Made by a program: the position numbers and the translations under genes. From a virus (Duplodnaviria; Caudoviricetes): DNA of 26,975 bases. The stretch lies in IMG/VR virus record IMGVR_UViG_3300020179_000149, positions 1-26,975 of that record. The stretch is one strand, 5' to 3'. Position 1 is the first letter of the stretch. Each line of letters opens with the position of its first letter. The notes under the pieces are model-generated. The model worked only from the letters and a program-made list of their open reading frames with translations, had not been told where the DNA came from and ran no database searches. This document shows, piece after piece, positions 8,402 to 17,080 of this stretch.

Positions 8402-8588
8402 CCCGTTTGCCTTCTCTGCGTTTTCGTTTCGGCGCAAGGTCGTGAGTTCTGAGTGGATGACCGTACGGCAAGCGGGTTCTCCGTTTTCCTGCTTTGGTTC
8501 CCGGCACTGTCTCATACTCTTTTGTTAAGTAATTGAAGCGTGTTCGTTGTTGTGCCCCACGAGAAACTTTCTTATTTTTCTTTCCCAT
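8391..8588 (-). CDS. Small basic hypothetical protein
   Basis: 65 aa, Lys/Arg-rich. 1-bp overlap with the MazG gene and short overlap with the dioxygenase start. Confidence 0.65.
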   Translation of the reverse strand: MGKKNKKVSRGAQQRTRFNYLTKEYETVPGTKAGKRRTRLPYGHPLRTHDLAPKRKRREGKRDDD

Positions 8589-8929
8589 TACCTATTGTCT
8601 CCATCTCCACTTAAAGTATTTAACTGTTGACGCTTTAGAAGTTTTTCAATGTTGTCTCGGGCAACTAGACCCATATTCATATCAACCGCAGAACATAGTT
8701 GGGCAACATACCACAGAACATCGCCTATTTCCGCCGCTAGAGCCTGTTTCATTTCAACTGTCAATTTTGAATCGTGGTCACGAATAATTTTCTTTACTTT
8801 GCCCGCAACTTCACCTGCTTCTGACACAAGACCGAGCGAAAGATACTCCAACATTTTTTCTTTTGGGTAAATAGCAGTTTGACTTGTTCTCCATTGATAG
8901 TTCGTAAAATCCATTTCGTGCGCCTTCAT
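8588..8929 (-). CDS. MazG-like nucleoside triphosphate pyrophosphohydrolase
   Basis: LGLVSEAGEVAGKVKK...EIGDVLWY...NIEKL...LSGDGDNR. Confidence 0.93.
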   Translation of the reverse strand: MKAHEMDFTNYQWRTSQTAIYPKEKMLEYLSLGLVSEAGEVAGKVKKIIRDHDSKLTVEMKQALAAEIGDVLWYVAQLCSAVDMNMGLVARDNIEKLLKRQQLNTLSGDGDNR

Positions 8930-9555
8930 AAATCGTCTCTGTAGAATATTTCAAAACCCAAATCCGTAATTGCGTCCGCGAGGGTTGCGTAAAATGATTC
9001 TTTGTATTCATCGGGTTGATTTGAGTCGGTATTCAACTTTAATGCAGCGTTTAGCGTCGCTGCATATGTTAGGTCTCTCAATACATTAAGGGCAGAGTAC
9101 CGTAAAGCCTTTCCGAACTCAACCACACGACCGATTTTGATTGAGTAAGGAACTGACACGAATACGGGTTCTTCACCAAAATGCGTGAAGGATATGCATT
9201 CCGAAACAGGCGAATTCGGTTTTGCAAAAAGGCTTGCCAAATCCTGGTCTTTTGTTTCGGATGGCTTTAAAGAACAATATCCTTCGGCAACAAATGTAAA
9301 TGAATCAACACCCCAACCTTGTCGCTTTATGCATGCTGCTTGCGTCAACTTTTCCAAACGCTCATTTCGGCTTATCTGATGTGTCTTCATGAGTTGCATT
9401 ATTGATACGAGTTTGTCCTGTTTCCAACTAAACAAATTTATGTTTATATCTTGACCGATTCCCTCCTCGTCAACGGTTTGTTGCTTGGCTATTTTCGTCG
9501 CCTCAACAGCAAGGGCTAGTTTGTCTATGTCCGTTTTGTAGGAGCCAGTTTCCAT
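8926..9555 (-). CDS. Hypothetical protein
   Basis: 209-aa ORF, ATGA-coupled to MazG. TATTTT lies 7 nt upstream of the ATG. Confidence 0.8.
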   Translation of the reverse strand: METGSYKTDIDKLALAVEATKIAKQQTVDEEGIGQDININLFSWKQDKLVSIMQLMKTHQISRNERLEKLTQAACIKRQGWGVDSFTFVAEGYCSLKPSETKDQDLASLFAKPNSPVSECISFTHFGEEPVFVSVPYSIKIGRVVEFGKALRYSALNVLRDLTYAATLNAALKLNTDSNQPDEYKESFYATLADAITDLGFEIFYRDDL

Positions 9556-9640
9556 CTAGTCCAAAATACCCCATATTTATTGGTCGTAAAAGAACTAGGG
9601 TGTTTCATTTTAGGTAGCCCAAATGTAGTAGTTTGCTGTC

Positions 9641-9919
9641 ATGGCACAAAAGAAGAAATCAACCCCAAAACAGAAGAAATCACCAGCAAAAAAGAAGGCT
9701 ACTCCTAAAAAGAGTCCTTCCAAGGCTGTTGTTAAATCCAATACCGCAGAAGCGGTAAAGGACGCCACTCAGTCTGTGGCGGCGGCAGTGGCTGAAGACA
9801 TCAGTGCGGCGGAAAAGTATGTTCAGGATGTTCTAAATCCTGTCATTATCTATGCCAACGACCTGAAGTCCAAGTCGCTTCGTCAGCGTGTACTTGCGTG
9901 GTTCAAGACCTCTAAGTAG
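9641..9919 (+). CDS. Small protein with histone-H1-like Lys/Pro-rich N-terminus
   Basis: KKKSTPKQKKSPAKKKATPKKSPSK repeats. TAGTTT lies 6 nt upstream of the ATG. Confidence 0.75.
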   Translation: MAQKKKSTPKQKKSPAKKKATPKKSPSKAVVKSNTAEAVKDATQSVAAAVAEDISAAEKYVQDVLNPVIIYANDLKSKSLRQRVLAWFKTSK

Positions 9920-9931
9920 ACTGTTCCCCTG

Positions 9932-11320
9932 ATGGGGAATGAAACTGTGGTGATTGACGAATTGCAGAATAATGCCGTCCAAGAACAGCCCCTTGTGCTC
10001 AACCCAAAAATTCTTTTGGGTGATGTTCGAGAATCTTTAAAAAGTATTCCCGATGGGTCGATTCATTGCGTAGTCACATCTCCTCCGTATTGGGGTTTGC
10101 GTGACTACGGCACAGGCAAATGGGAAGGCGGAGACCCTAATTGTTCGCACAAACGCGATAGTAAACAAAGCGACAAAACATCCACTGGTCAAAGGAATTT
10201 AGAAGGCGCAATCGGGGACGGTATTTATAAATCCTATTGCCGTAGGTGTGGGGCAATCAGGATTGATAACCAACTTGGATTAGAACCAACATTTGATTCA
10301 TATGTGGAAGATATGGTTGGCGTGTTCCGCGAAGTGCGGCGCATCCTCCGTGATGATGGCACTTTGTGGCTTAATTTGGGTGACTCGTATGCGGGAAGCA
10401 ACGGTAACGGATGGAAACAAACCATTGCGTCCACAAATGCTTCCAATGCTGGTGGAGAGAATGAGGATTTTCGTTCCCGCATCGGGCGCGATGACGGCTA
10501 TCTGAAACCCAAAGATTTGGTCGGCATCCCGTGGCGTGTTGCTTTGGCTCTACAGCAAGACGGATGGTTTTTGCGACAAGACATCATTTGGCACAAACCA
10601 AATCCGATGCCAGAGTCAGTAACAGACCGATGCACCAAGGCACATGAATACATCTTCCTTCTGACAAAAAAGGCTAACTACTTCTTTGATTCGGAAGCAA
10701 TCAAGGAGCCCGCAAAATATCCGCACGATAATAGGGGTGCGAGGGCTGATAGTCGTAAAGAAGCAGGAATCCCTAATGCGATGCACGGGATGACGGGTGC
10801 GTTCAAAAACAAGCGGTCGGTGTGGACAATAAACACAAAACCCTATAAGGAAGCACATTTCGCAGTATTCCCAACAGACCTAGTGGAACCGTGCATCAAA
10901 GCAGGCACAAGTGAAAAAGGTTGTTGCGCATCATGTGGAACACCATGGGAAAGAATCGTTGATAGAAAAAGAATACGCAGAAACGAACTTCCCGAAGATG
11001 ACCCCCGTTACCGTCCGAATATATACGAGGGAGAGTACGAAGAAATCAATGGCAAGGGCGACGCTGGTTTTGTAGAAACACAAACACTTGGTTGGGGCAA
11101 AGCGTGCGAGTGCGAAACTGACGAAACGGTGCCGTGCACAGTTCTTGACACATTCTTCGGTTCGGGAACAACTGGTGTTGTTGCGTTGCGTCTTGGGCGC
11201 GACTATCTCGGCTGTGAACTTAATTCAGAATATGCAAAAATAGCGACAAAGCGTATAGCGGACGAAGAAGAAGAAATCAGAAAAGAAAAAGAAACGGAAC
11301 AACTTAGTCTTTTTGAGTGA
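9932..11320 (+). CDS. DNA methyltransferase, N4/N6 beta class, with two Cys-rich insertions
   Basis: VTSPPYWGLRDY, WLNLGDSY, WHKPNPMPESVTDR, HFAVFP and VLDTFFGSGTTG. Confidence 0.95.
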   Translation: MGNETVVIDELQNNAVQEQPLVLNPKILLGDVRESLKSIPDGSIHCVVTSPPYWGLRDYGTGKWEGGDPNCSHKRDSKQSDKTSTGQRNLEGAIGDGIYKSYCRRCGAIRIDNQLGLEPTFDSYVEDMVGVFREVRRILRDDGTLWLNLGDSYAGSNGNGWKQTIASTNASNAGGENEDFRSRIGRDDGYLKPKDLVGIPWRVALALQQDGWFLRQDIIWHKPNPMPESVTDRCTKAHEYIFLLTKKANYFFDSEAIKEPAKYPHDNRGARADSRKEAGIPNAMHGMTGAFKNKRSVWTINTKPYKEAHFAVFPTDLVEPCIKAGTSEKGCCASCGTPWERIVDRKRIRRNELPEDDPRYRPNIYEGEYEEINGKGDAGFVETQTLGWGKACECETDETVPCTVLDTFFGSGTTGVVALRLGRDYLGCELNSEYAKIATKRIADEEEEIRKEKETEQLSLFE

Positions 11321-11696
11321 GTGATTCAGGTATCCGAATAGATATCTCTATTCTTTCTGCAAGCCTTTGAAGCAGTGCGACAGCCTCGTGCGTCGCATGG
11401 TTCTCGCACCATTCACTCGGGTCTTTAGCCAAAGCAGATTCAACATACTCGTACGCAACATGTACTTTCCCTTGGTTAACTGGTGGCACACCACATTCTT
11501 CCGTTTCCAATAAACCTTCTGCTAGTTTGCGTTCTGACGCTCCGCACGCAAGAAGAATCCCGCCCATGATGTCAATTTTGTGGGTGTACGGGTCATAGAC
11601 GAGACTGTTGGACAAACCGTGTCGCGAGATTGCTTCAGCAGCCTTATAGTAAATCTCGTGTACCCTTGCATCTTTGAGTACTGAAATAGTTGTCAC
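11304..11696 (-). CDS. Hypothetical protein (DUF6197-like pattern)
   Basis: GTG 11696 overlaps the nrdJ stop (GTGA). Pattern AAEAISRHG...IMGGI...W...EAVALLQRLA. Confidence 0.65.
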   Translation of the reverse strand: MTTISVLKDARVHEIYYKAAEAISRHGLSNSLVYDPYTHKIDIMGGILLACGASERKLAEGLLETEECGVPPVNQGKVHVAYEYVESALAKDPSEWCENHATHEAVALLQRLAERIEISIRIPESLTQKD

Positions 11697-13624
11697 CGGA
11701 TTGGGCAAGCCCCTGATGCGCAAGCATCAATGTCCAAGTCATCACCCGAAATCGGTGTTAGGGCAACAGACATGTCAATCTTTTCAAATATGGTGTCATA
11801 TTCCTCTTCGGTGATTTCTTCATACGGTGGCAACGGGAAGTTGTGGTCGCTGTGAAGCAAGAACGATACCGATTTGATGTTCTCGTCGTAGTTCTTGGAC
11901 AACCATTCTTTGATTGAATCAAGTTCTTCCTTGCGGTAATAGACGGTCACCGAAACTGCGTTATCTGCCCACACTTTCTGCATTTTCGCAACCCATTCCA
12001 ACTGGTCTATGGCAGTCATGTTCTTTGCGAGAACAGCGCCCTCGGGGGATTTGCAGGGGAACTCAACCACATATTTCGTGTGGTCTTCGCGCCCATCCAA
12101 ACCAATGTCCCAAACAACTTTGTGTCCACGCTTGCGGAGCGAGTCCACGAGCCCATCAGCGGCTCCGAATCGTACACGTCGGATGTAGAACGGCGCAAAA
12201 GCAGGGTGGATGCCAGGTGTGACACCTGGGAGTAGTGAAAGCGTCCCCGATGGTTGCACAGTGGTCAAACGCACTGATTTTGGAAAGTTCTTACTCTGCG
12301 AATATTTCTCGTCAAAATCAGCGAGCATCTCATAGGCGCGAGACAGCCAGCCTATTTTTTCCTCGGTGCACTGCAAGATGCCGGTGACGCTCTGCCCAAG
12401 TCGCGCATTCTTGCGGACGATATTCGTCGTCTTTTCGTATGGGTACTCAAGGCGGGTAATCTGCTTTTGAAGCATGTAGAGAAGGCGCGAAATTTCGTGA
12501 AATTCTTCTTCGCTACGGACATTGGGCAAGAAAATTGTGGACAGGTTGCATGACTCTCCGTCACTGAGACCGATTTCTGCACATGGATTGAAGCCCTCCA
12601 CCGTCGTGTCTGCTTTTGCTTCTCCTGTGCGACCGTACTTGCGGGCAAGGCGACGGTTTACGAGACCGTATGGCTCTCCATTGCCCGTGTAGCCCTTCCA
12701 TAGTTCGGGCATGATGTGGTCGTAATAGTCCGCGTAAATGCTGTTGTTGGAGTTTGCGCGCCAAGCGGGAATCTCACCCGAAGCCCAATTTTTTGCACGC
12801 AGGAAAAGTACATCGTCTGGGTCTCCGATTGCGATTTGTGCTGAGCGGCGAGACGAGCCAGAAACGACAATACGACCGATGATATTGCAGATGTCCAATA
12901 CATCAACGGAGCGGAGTTTCTTCCCTTCTCGTGCTTGGAATACCTCACTGATGTCCTTGATTCCCTCCACTAGGGCACCGGGTCCACTGGCGGTGCCACC
13001 AAATGCTTTTAGCGGTGCACCGAATTCGCGGACGAGAATAGTTGAATACGAGAACGACTTACCTGTGTCAAAGAAAGATTTCAGAACACTGTGCAAGAGA
13101 CGACGCCACCCCTGTCGCGAGTCGGGGACGATTATGTCGGCATCGTTGGTGCGCTCATGCGTGATTTTTACGCCCGCTTTGACCTTGGGGAGGTCGTGAA
13201 TTTTGGAGCGCTCTACGGAAAACCCGACTCCACCTCCGAGCATCAGGTAGTCAAACAAGAGTTCAAAGTCCTCAATTTTTTCAATGTTTGTAAAGTAGCA
13301 GTTGTTGAGTGACGATGCATTGAATTTTTTGATTAGCGGTGTTCCTAGTTGCCACAGTGCGCGACCCGAGAATGAGCAACGAAGGTTGTAAACATGGTCA
13401 AATATGGCTTCTGTTTCTTTTTGTGTCCACGGAACATTGATGTCTAGGGCACCGTTGACACAACGCGAAACTGTTTCAATCCATGTTTCGTTGCGGTCTA
13501 CACCCTCAATCGGGCGAGAGTATGTTCGGAGATAAACAATTTCTCCGAGTCCGCTGAAACCCCACGGCGGCGTGATGTGACGGTACTTCTCAAGAAATTT
13601 CGGAGTCAAGGAAACGTCCTTCAT
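11693..13624 (-). CDS. nrdJ: Class II (adenosylcobalamin-dependent) ribonucleotide reductase, monomeric RTPR type
   Basis: YLRTYSR, LNNCYF, GGGVGFS, GFNPCAEI (thiyl Cys), CNL, TTVQPSGTLS and C-terminal CASGACPIR. No beta subunit gene is adjacent. Confidence 0.93.
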   Translation of the reverse strand: MKDVSLTPKFLEKYRHITPPWGFSGLGEIVYLRTYSRPIEGVDRNETWIETVSRCVNGALDINVPWTQKETEAIFDHVYNLRCSFSGRALWQLGTPLIKKFNASSLNNCYFTNIEKIEDFELLFDYLMLGGGVGFSVERSKIHDLPKVKAGVKITHERTNDADIIVPDSRQGWRRLLHSVLKSFFDTGKSFSYSTILVREFGAPLKAFGGTASGPGALVEGIKDISEVFQAREGKKLRSVDVLDICNIIGRIVVSGSSRRSAQIAIGDPDDVLFLRAKNWASGEIPAWRANSNNSIYADYYDHIMPELWKGYTGNGEPYGLVNRRLARKYGRTGEAKADTTVEGFNPCAEIGLSDGESCNLSTIFLPNVRSEEEFHEISRLLYMLQKQITRLEYPYEKTTNIVRKNARLGQSVTGILQCTEEKIGWLSRAYEMLADFDEKYSQSKNFPKSVRLTTVQPSGTLSLLPGVTPGIHPAFAPFYIRRVRFGAADGLVDSLRKRGHKVVWDIGLDGREDHTKYVVEFPCKSPEGAVLAKNMTAIDQLEWVAKMQKVWADNAVSVTVYYRKEELDSIKEWLSKNYDENIKSVSFLLHSDHNFPLPPYEEITEEEYDTIFEKIDMSVALTPISGDDLDIDACASGACPIR

Positions 13625-13663
13625 AATGCAACTTTCGGATTGGGGTTGTTCAGGGAAAGAAAT

Positions 13664-13692
13664 ATTGTACCCTACCGAAGTGTTTCAGTAAA
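13664..13692 (-). promoter_or_regulatory. Putative promoter for nrdJ
   Basis: Minus strand TTTACT, 17-nt spacer, TACAAT. Confidence 0.5.
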
Positions 13693-13705
13693 GCCGATTT
13701 GAGTG

Positions 13706-14005
13706 TTATTCGTCCAACAATCCGTGTTCTCGTGCTTGTGCGACGGTTATTGTTTGTCCTTTGTGAAACTTAATCACTTTTATCTTTACATTTCCATACA
13801 TGATTCGTTCTTCAAGTATGTCTTCTTCTAGCATAATTTTTGTTTGTTTGTCTAAAGACAAAAACAATCCAGTTCCTGTCGGGTTTTTGATGGGTGATTC
13901 TTGTTGATGGGGCTTGCAGTCACCTGTCGGGTGACCACAAACAGGGCACGGCATGCGGTCAGCCCGCAGAATACGGTAGTCACCGTACAAGTATTCATCA
14001 CTCAT
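13706..14005 (-). CDS. Hypothetical protein with CxxC-H-C motif
   Basis: PCPVCGHPTGDC. TATTAT lies 6 nt upstream of the ATG. Confidence 0.75.
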   Translation of the reverse strand: MSDEYLYGDYRILRADRMPCPVCGHPTGDCKPHQQESPIKNPTGTGLFLSLDKQTKIMLEEDILEERIMYGNVKIKVIKFHKGQTITVAQAREHGLLDE

Positions 14006-14032
14006 ATAACAATAATAGTTGAAATAAGCGGT

Positions 14033-14518
14033 TTAGGATACACGCCTTGCATCGGGTGGTATTTCACCTGAAACTAAATATTCTTTCATTTGTTCTTCGG
14101 TCAGAGAAAACATATGATGCGAAAAATCCATGTTGCGGATATCTTCCTCAAGAGCCTTGCATATGGATTCATCAGCGCTAATTTGTTTGAAAGTAAGTAA
14201 AGTTCTACCGTCAAACCACCTATCGTCAAGGTCATAGTCGTACCCATCTGCTTCCCCTTTATGATTATGGGGATTTGTTACAAGCACATCTCCTACGAGA
14301 TTCATGTTAAACAGAAGGCTCGCCACGGGGTTGACCGAAAGCCCCAAAAGGAGACCCCTGTCATGGAGATAGCCCCTTATGCGCCTTTCGTGGTCATGTA
14401 CGCAATCAAAAGCGTCCCCATCAGCCACGAGTTTAGACACGGCGACATGCGCGTTCTTTTCGGGTAGGTCAACTCTTCGGTGTGTTCCGTCGGTTTTGAG
14501 AAGCAAAGCCCTTGTCAC
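14033..14518 (-). CDS. Hypothetical protein (DUF3846-like)
   Basis: ALLLKTDG...GYLHDRGLLLGLSVNPVASLL...LVGDVLV pattern. Confidence 0.65.
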   Translation of the reverse strand: MTRALLLKTDGTHRRVDLPEKNAHVAVSKLVADGDAFDCVHDHERRIRGYLHDRGLLLGLSVNPVASLLFNMNLVGDVLVTNPHNHKGEADGYDYDLDDRWFDGRTLLTFKQISADESICKALEEDIRNMDFSHHMFSLTEEQMKEYLVSGEIPPDARRVS

Positions 14519-14522
14519 GGGA

Positions 14523-14780
14523 TTATCGCTTTTTGTTGTTTACTGAGTACTTCTGCTTCTTCAGGATTTGGAATTCTTCTTCAAAGATGCGCTTGAATTC
14601 CTTGTTGTATTTGTTTTCAAGAACAAACCAAGCACGACGCTTAGCCTCCATGCGCTGACGGTTTTCAGCCTTGCGAGCCTCTATGCGTTGCTTTCGCTCA
14701 GCGTCGGGAAGTGGCTTACGCCCCCTACGGGAACCGACCTGCTCACGCAATTTTGTGTATGTAGTTTCCATGTTGTCCAA
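14523..14780 (-). CDS. Small basic helical protein, putative DNA-binding
   Basis: RRGRKP motif followed by a charged helix. GAGGT upstream; start is TTG 14780 or ATG 14771. Confidence 0.7.
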   Translation of the reverse strand: MDNMETTYTKLREQVGSRRGRKPLPDAERKQRIEARKAENRQRMEAKRRAWFVLENKYNKEFKRIFEEEFQILKKQKYSVNNKKR

Positions 14781-14822
14781 TACCTCATTTGTTGTTTATG
14801 GGAATACTTGATGTCGGTAGAC

Positions 14823-14851
14823 ACTTTAACTGATACCTAAATATTTTGCAA
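14823..14851 (-). promoter_or_regulatory. Leftward promoter
   Basis: Minus strand TTGCAA, 17-nt spacer, TAAAGT. Confidence 0.6.
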
Positions 14852-14855
14852 CCCC

Positions 14856-14906
14856 TTATGGGATACCCATAAATGTCAACCGTCACACAATTACAGGCTT
14901 GTAATT
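14856..14906. promoter_or_regulatory. Two palindromes (candidate operators) in a divergent intergenic region
   Basis: TTATGGG-ATA-CCCATAA (14856-14872) and AATTACA-GGCT-TGTAATT (14889-14906). Confidence 0.5.
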
Positions 14907-14921
14907 AGGTCTTGGGGGGGG

Positions 14922-14950
14922 TTGACAAACGCATTTCAAGACCGTACACT
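14922..14950 (+). promoter_or_regulatory. Near-consensus rightward promoter, leaderless
   Basis: TTGACA (14922-14927), 17-nt spacer, TACACT (14945-14950), then 7 nt to ATG 14958. Confidence 0.8.
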
Positions 14951-14957
14951 TATGGAT

Positions 14958-15527
14958 ATGAGTAATAGCACCAACACAACACAGCAACAACTACTTCTTC
15001 CTACGGTCAGGAACCTAGAGGAGTCTCGGGCGATTTGTCACGAGTTCTCTTCCGTTCTTACCGCAGGTCCGAGCAAATTGGAGGTCAAGGATTTCAACCA
15101 CCCTGACCACAAAATCGTGACATTTGATGATGTCGTGACACCCGATTGGGGTGATGCTCCAACCTTTGAGCATGTCCAAGAGATGATTGGGTGGGGTCAC
15201 GGTAGACAAAATCTACTTGTCCACTGTCATGCTGGCATAAGTCGCTCAACCGCTACGGCGTGGGGAATCGCAATCTCCAACGGATTCAACGAATACGACG
15301 CTTTCCACATGCTGAAGGCTAATCATCCAAGTATTTCGCGTCGCAATTGGTGGACTAACAAACAAGGCACGACTTTGAGCGATGTATATAAGCGCTCATT
15401 CTCACCAAATGAACTCATCGTTGAGCACCTTGAACGATTGTTTGGATTCAAGTCGGGTCGTCTAATCAAAATTCTGAGTCAGTCGTACGATTCATACATC
15501 AATCATGGCGACCTACTAGGGGAATAA
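14958..15527 (+). CDS. Cys-based (CX5R) protein tyrosine / dual-specificity phosphatase-like protein
   Basis: P-loop LLVHCHAGISRSTA, upstream FDDV acid loop and downstream SPNELIV. Confidence 0.9.
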   Translation: MSNSTNTTQQQLLLPTVRNLEESRAICHEFSSVLTAGPSKLEVKDFNHPDHKIVTFDDVVTPDWGDAPTFEHVQEMIGWGHGRQNLLVHCHAGISRSTATAWGIAISNGFNEYDAFHMLKANHPSISRRNWWTNKQGTTLSDVYKRSFSPNELIVEHLERLFGFKSGRLIKILSQSYDSYINHGDLLGE

Positions 15528-15531
15528 TCTC

Positions 15532-15798
15532 ATGGTTGCAATAAATCACGGCACCTACAACGCCTATACGAATGGCAAGTGCAGGTGTACGCTGTGCCGT
15601 AAAGCGGCTAGCGAATACATGAAAAAGTACCGACAAACCGAACACGGTTCGGGGTCGGCACGGTATTACGCTGTACTTCAGGCAAAACGGGCACAACTCG
15701 CGGCTCGGTGGGTAAAGAAAAACAGACCCGATGTTTGGGAAACAATTGCTTCAAAGGCGAACAAACAAATTGACAAAACTCGTTATGTTTGTGAATAG
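15532..15798 (+). CDS. Small Zn-finger protein (HGT...CRC..CR type, common in actinophages)
   Basis: HGTYNAYTNGKCRCTLCRKA. Confidence 0.75.
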   Translation: MVAINHGTYNAYTNGKCRCTLCRKAASEYMKKYRQTEHGSGSARYYAVLQAKRAQLAARWVKKNRPDVWETIASKANKQIDKTRYVCE

Positions 15799-15838
15799 GT
15801 AAGATACTGTAGATTTATACAACCGAGGAAAAAGACCG

Positions 15839-16108
15839 ATGACCGAAAAAGAATTTGAAAAGTTCAAACAAGAGTTTGAAGACGCAATCGCGACACTTGG
15901 CGCTCGTCTTGATGCCGTAGAAACAAAACTGAACGACATCGGAAAACTGATGCGGGAAGTGCAGACTGGTGTGCGTCGCGTTGACCAAAAGACCAATGTT
16001 GAATGGAATGGTCTTCGGGGAACGGTTGGTGACATTCAGAAAAAGATTTCTGAAATCGCTGAACCTATCCGCAACATCAAACGCAACAACGGGGGGTACA
16101 ATAAGTGA
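15839..16108 (+). CDS. Coiled-coil hypothetical protein
   Basis: Heptad-like pattern (LGARLDAVETKLNDIGKLMREV). GAGG upstream. Confidence 0.7.
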   Translation: MTEKEFEKFKQEFEDAIATLGARLDAVETKLNDIGKLMREVQTGVRRVDQKTNVEWNGLRGTVGDIQKKISEIAEPIRNIKRNNGGYNK

Positions 16109-16359
16109 GCATACCTGAATTTGATGACATGGAAGAGTGGATGCTCTACGGCTATCGGCAGGGTTGGTGCGGTCCGCCAGTATGCTCAATTCATGACGGC
16201 GTTCCAATGTCCGCGAGAGAAGAAGAATCAGAAGACGAATTCTGCGCTCATATCATTCGCTTGTACGAAGACCCCGATAGTCGCGTAGCAGTGGAATCAA
16301 ATCACTCACCGTCTTTATGGCGTGCAACCAATAGGGGTTGGGCTGAACGCGAAAACTAA
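16105..16359 (+). CDS. Hypothetical protein with Cys/His motif
   Basis: GWCGPPVCSIHDG...FCAHIIRLY. Same strand as, and overlapping the end of, the previous ORF. Confidence 0.7.
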   Translation: MSIPEFDDMEEWMLYGYRQGWCGPPVCSIHDGVPMSAREEESEDEFCAHIIRLYEDPDSRVAVESNHSPSLWRATNRGWAEREN

Positions 16360-16360
16360 T

Positions 16361-16774
16361 TTACTTGGTTTTGAACTCTGTCCAAGTTTTATCGCCTACA
16401 CCAAAATATTCTCTCGCATATCCTGCTTGGATAATGTCCGTATTTAGGCACGCTGTTTTGGGGTCGTCAACCTTGTCTGAAGAGAAAATTCGGGCAAGTA
16501 TGCGACCATACTTGTCGTTCTTGTCGGGGATTGTGTTCACATAAACCCATTGATGGTTTGTCAGCCAATCTGAAGTGAACGATTTTGCTTTCAAGCCCAT
16601 TTCTTTTTCGGCAAGGTCCTTTGTTCGCGATTCGGGGGTGTTCACACCGTACAGTCGCACACGAATCTTGTGGTGGATATTGAATCCAAGGTCAATCATC
16701 AAATCAATAGTGTCGCCATCAATAACCTTCAGCGGTTTGGCACCGTACCAAAATCTTTCACTCATCTTTATCAC
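16361..16774 (-). CDS. Thermonuclease (staphylococcal nuclease-like)
   Basis: KVIDGDTID, RVRLYGVNTPE, DKYGRILA and IQAGYAREY. Start is GTG 16774 or ATG 16765. Confidence 0.92.
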   Translation of the reverse strand: MIKMSERFWYGAKPLKVIDGDTIDLMIDLGFNIHHKIRVRLYGVNTPESRTKDLAEKEMGLKAKSFTSDWLTNHQWVYVNTIPDKNDKYGRILARIFSSDKVDDPKTACLNTDIIQAGYAREYFGVGDKTWTEFKTK

Positions 16775-16915
16775 CTAATTTATTTTTTGTGATTGAAGCG
16801 TCTATTCGTTTGATACGCATATCGCTGATGCAAATGTTTACTCTGTACCACAACGAAACTATGTAAAACCATAGACGAACAAACATTCGTCAATTATCTC
16901 ACAAAGTAAAGTTCT

Positions 16916-17077
16916 TCATTCGCTATTGCCACGGGAGCGTTTTTTGACTTCTTCATTTCCACTGAAAGTTTGTAGAAACTTTTTGACCCATTCCCGTTTT
17001 TGCTCAGGGGTCATTGTCCAATATTCTTTTGGAATGTTGCTGTTTCGGAAAACGAAGCGGTTTTTGCTGTCAGCCAT
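16916..17077 (-). CDS. Small hypothetical protein, 53 aa (absent from ORF track)
   Basis: Hand translation MADSKNRFVFRNSNIPKEYWTMTPEQKREWVKKFLQTFSGNEEVKKRSRGNSE*. It starts 3 nt after the stop of 17081..18631. Confidence 0.55.
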   Translation of the reverse strand: MADSKNRFVFRNSNIPKEYWTMTPEQKREWVKKFLQTFSGNEEVKKRSRGNSE

Positions 17078-17080
17078 ACA

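Noticed and set aside
8402-8515. N-terminal extension of the dioxygenase given by the ORF track
   Set aside because: It overlaps the 65-aa gene in another frame. ATG 8401 gives a normal operon junction.
11693-13624. Intein or intron in nrdJ
   Set aside because: The 643-aa ORF is continuous with normally spaced motifs, and no intein or homing-endonuclease motifs were seen.
15770-15800. TTGACA at 15770 as a promoter
   Set aside because: No TANNNT at 16-18 nt spacing.
16775-16915. Intergenic gap examined for a tRNA or ORF
   Set aside because: No cloverleaf or T-loop consensus was found, and only very short minus-strand frames.
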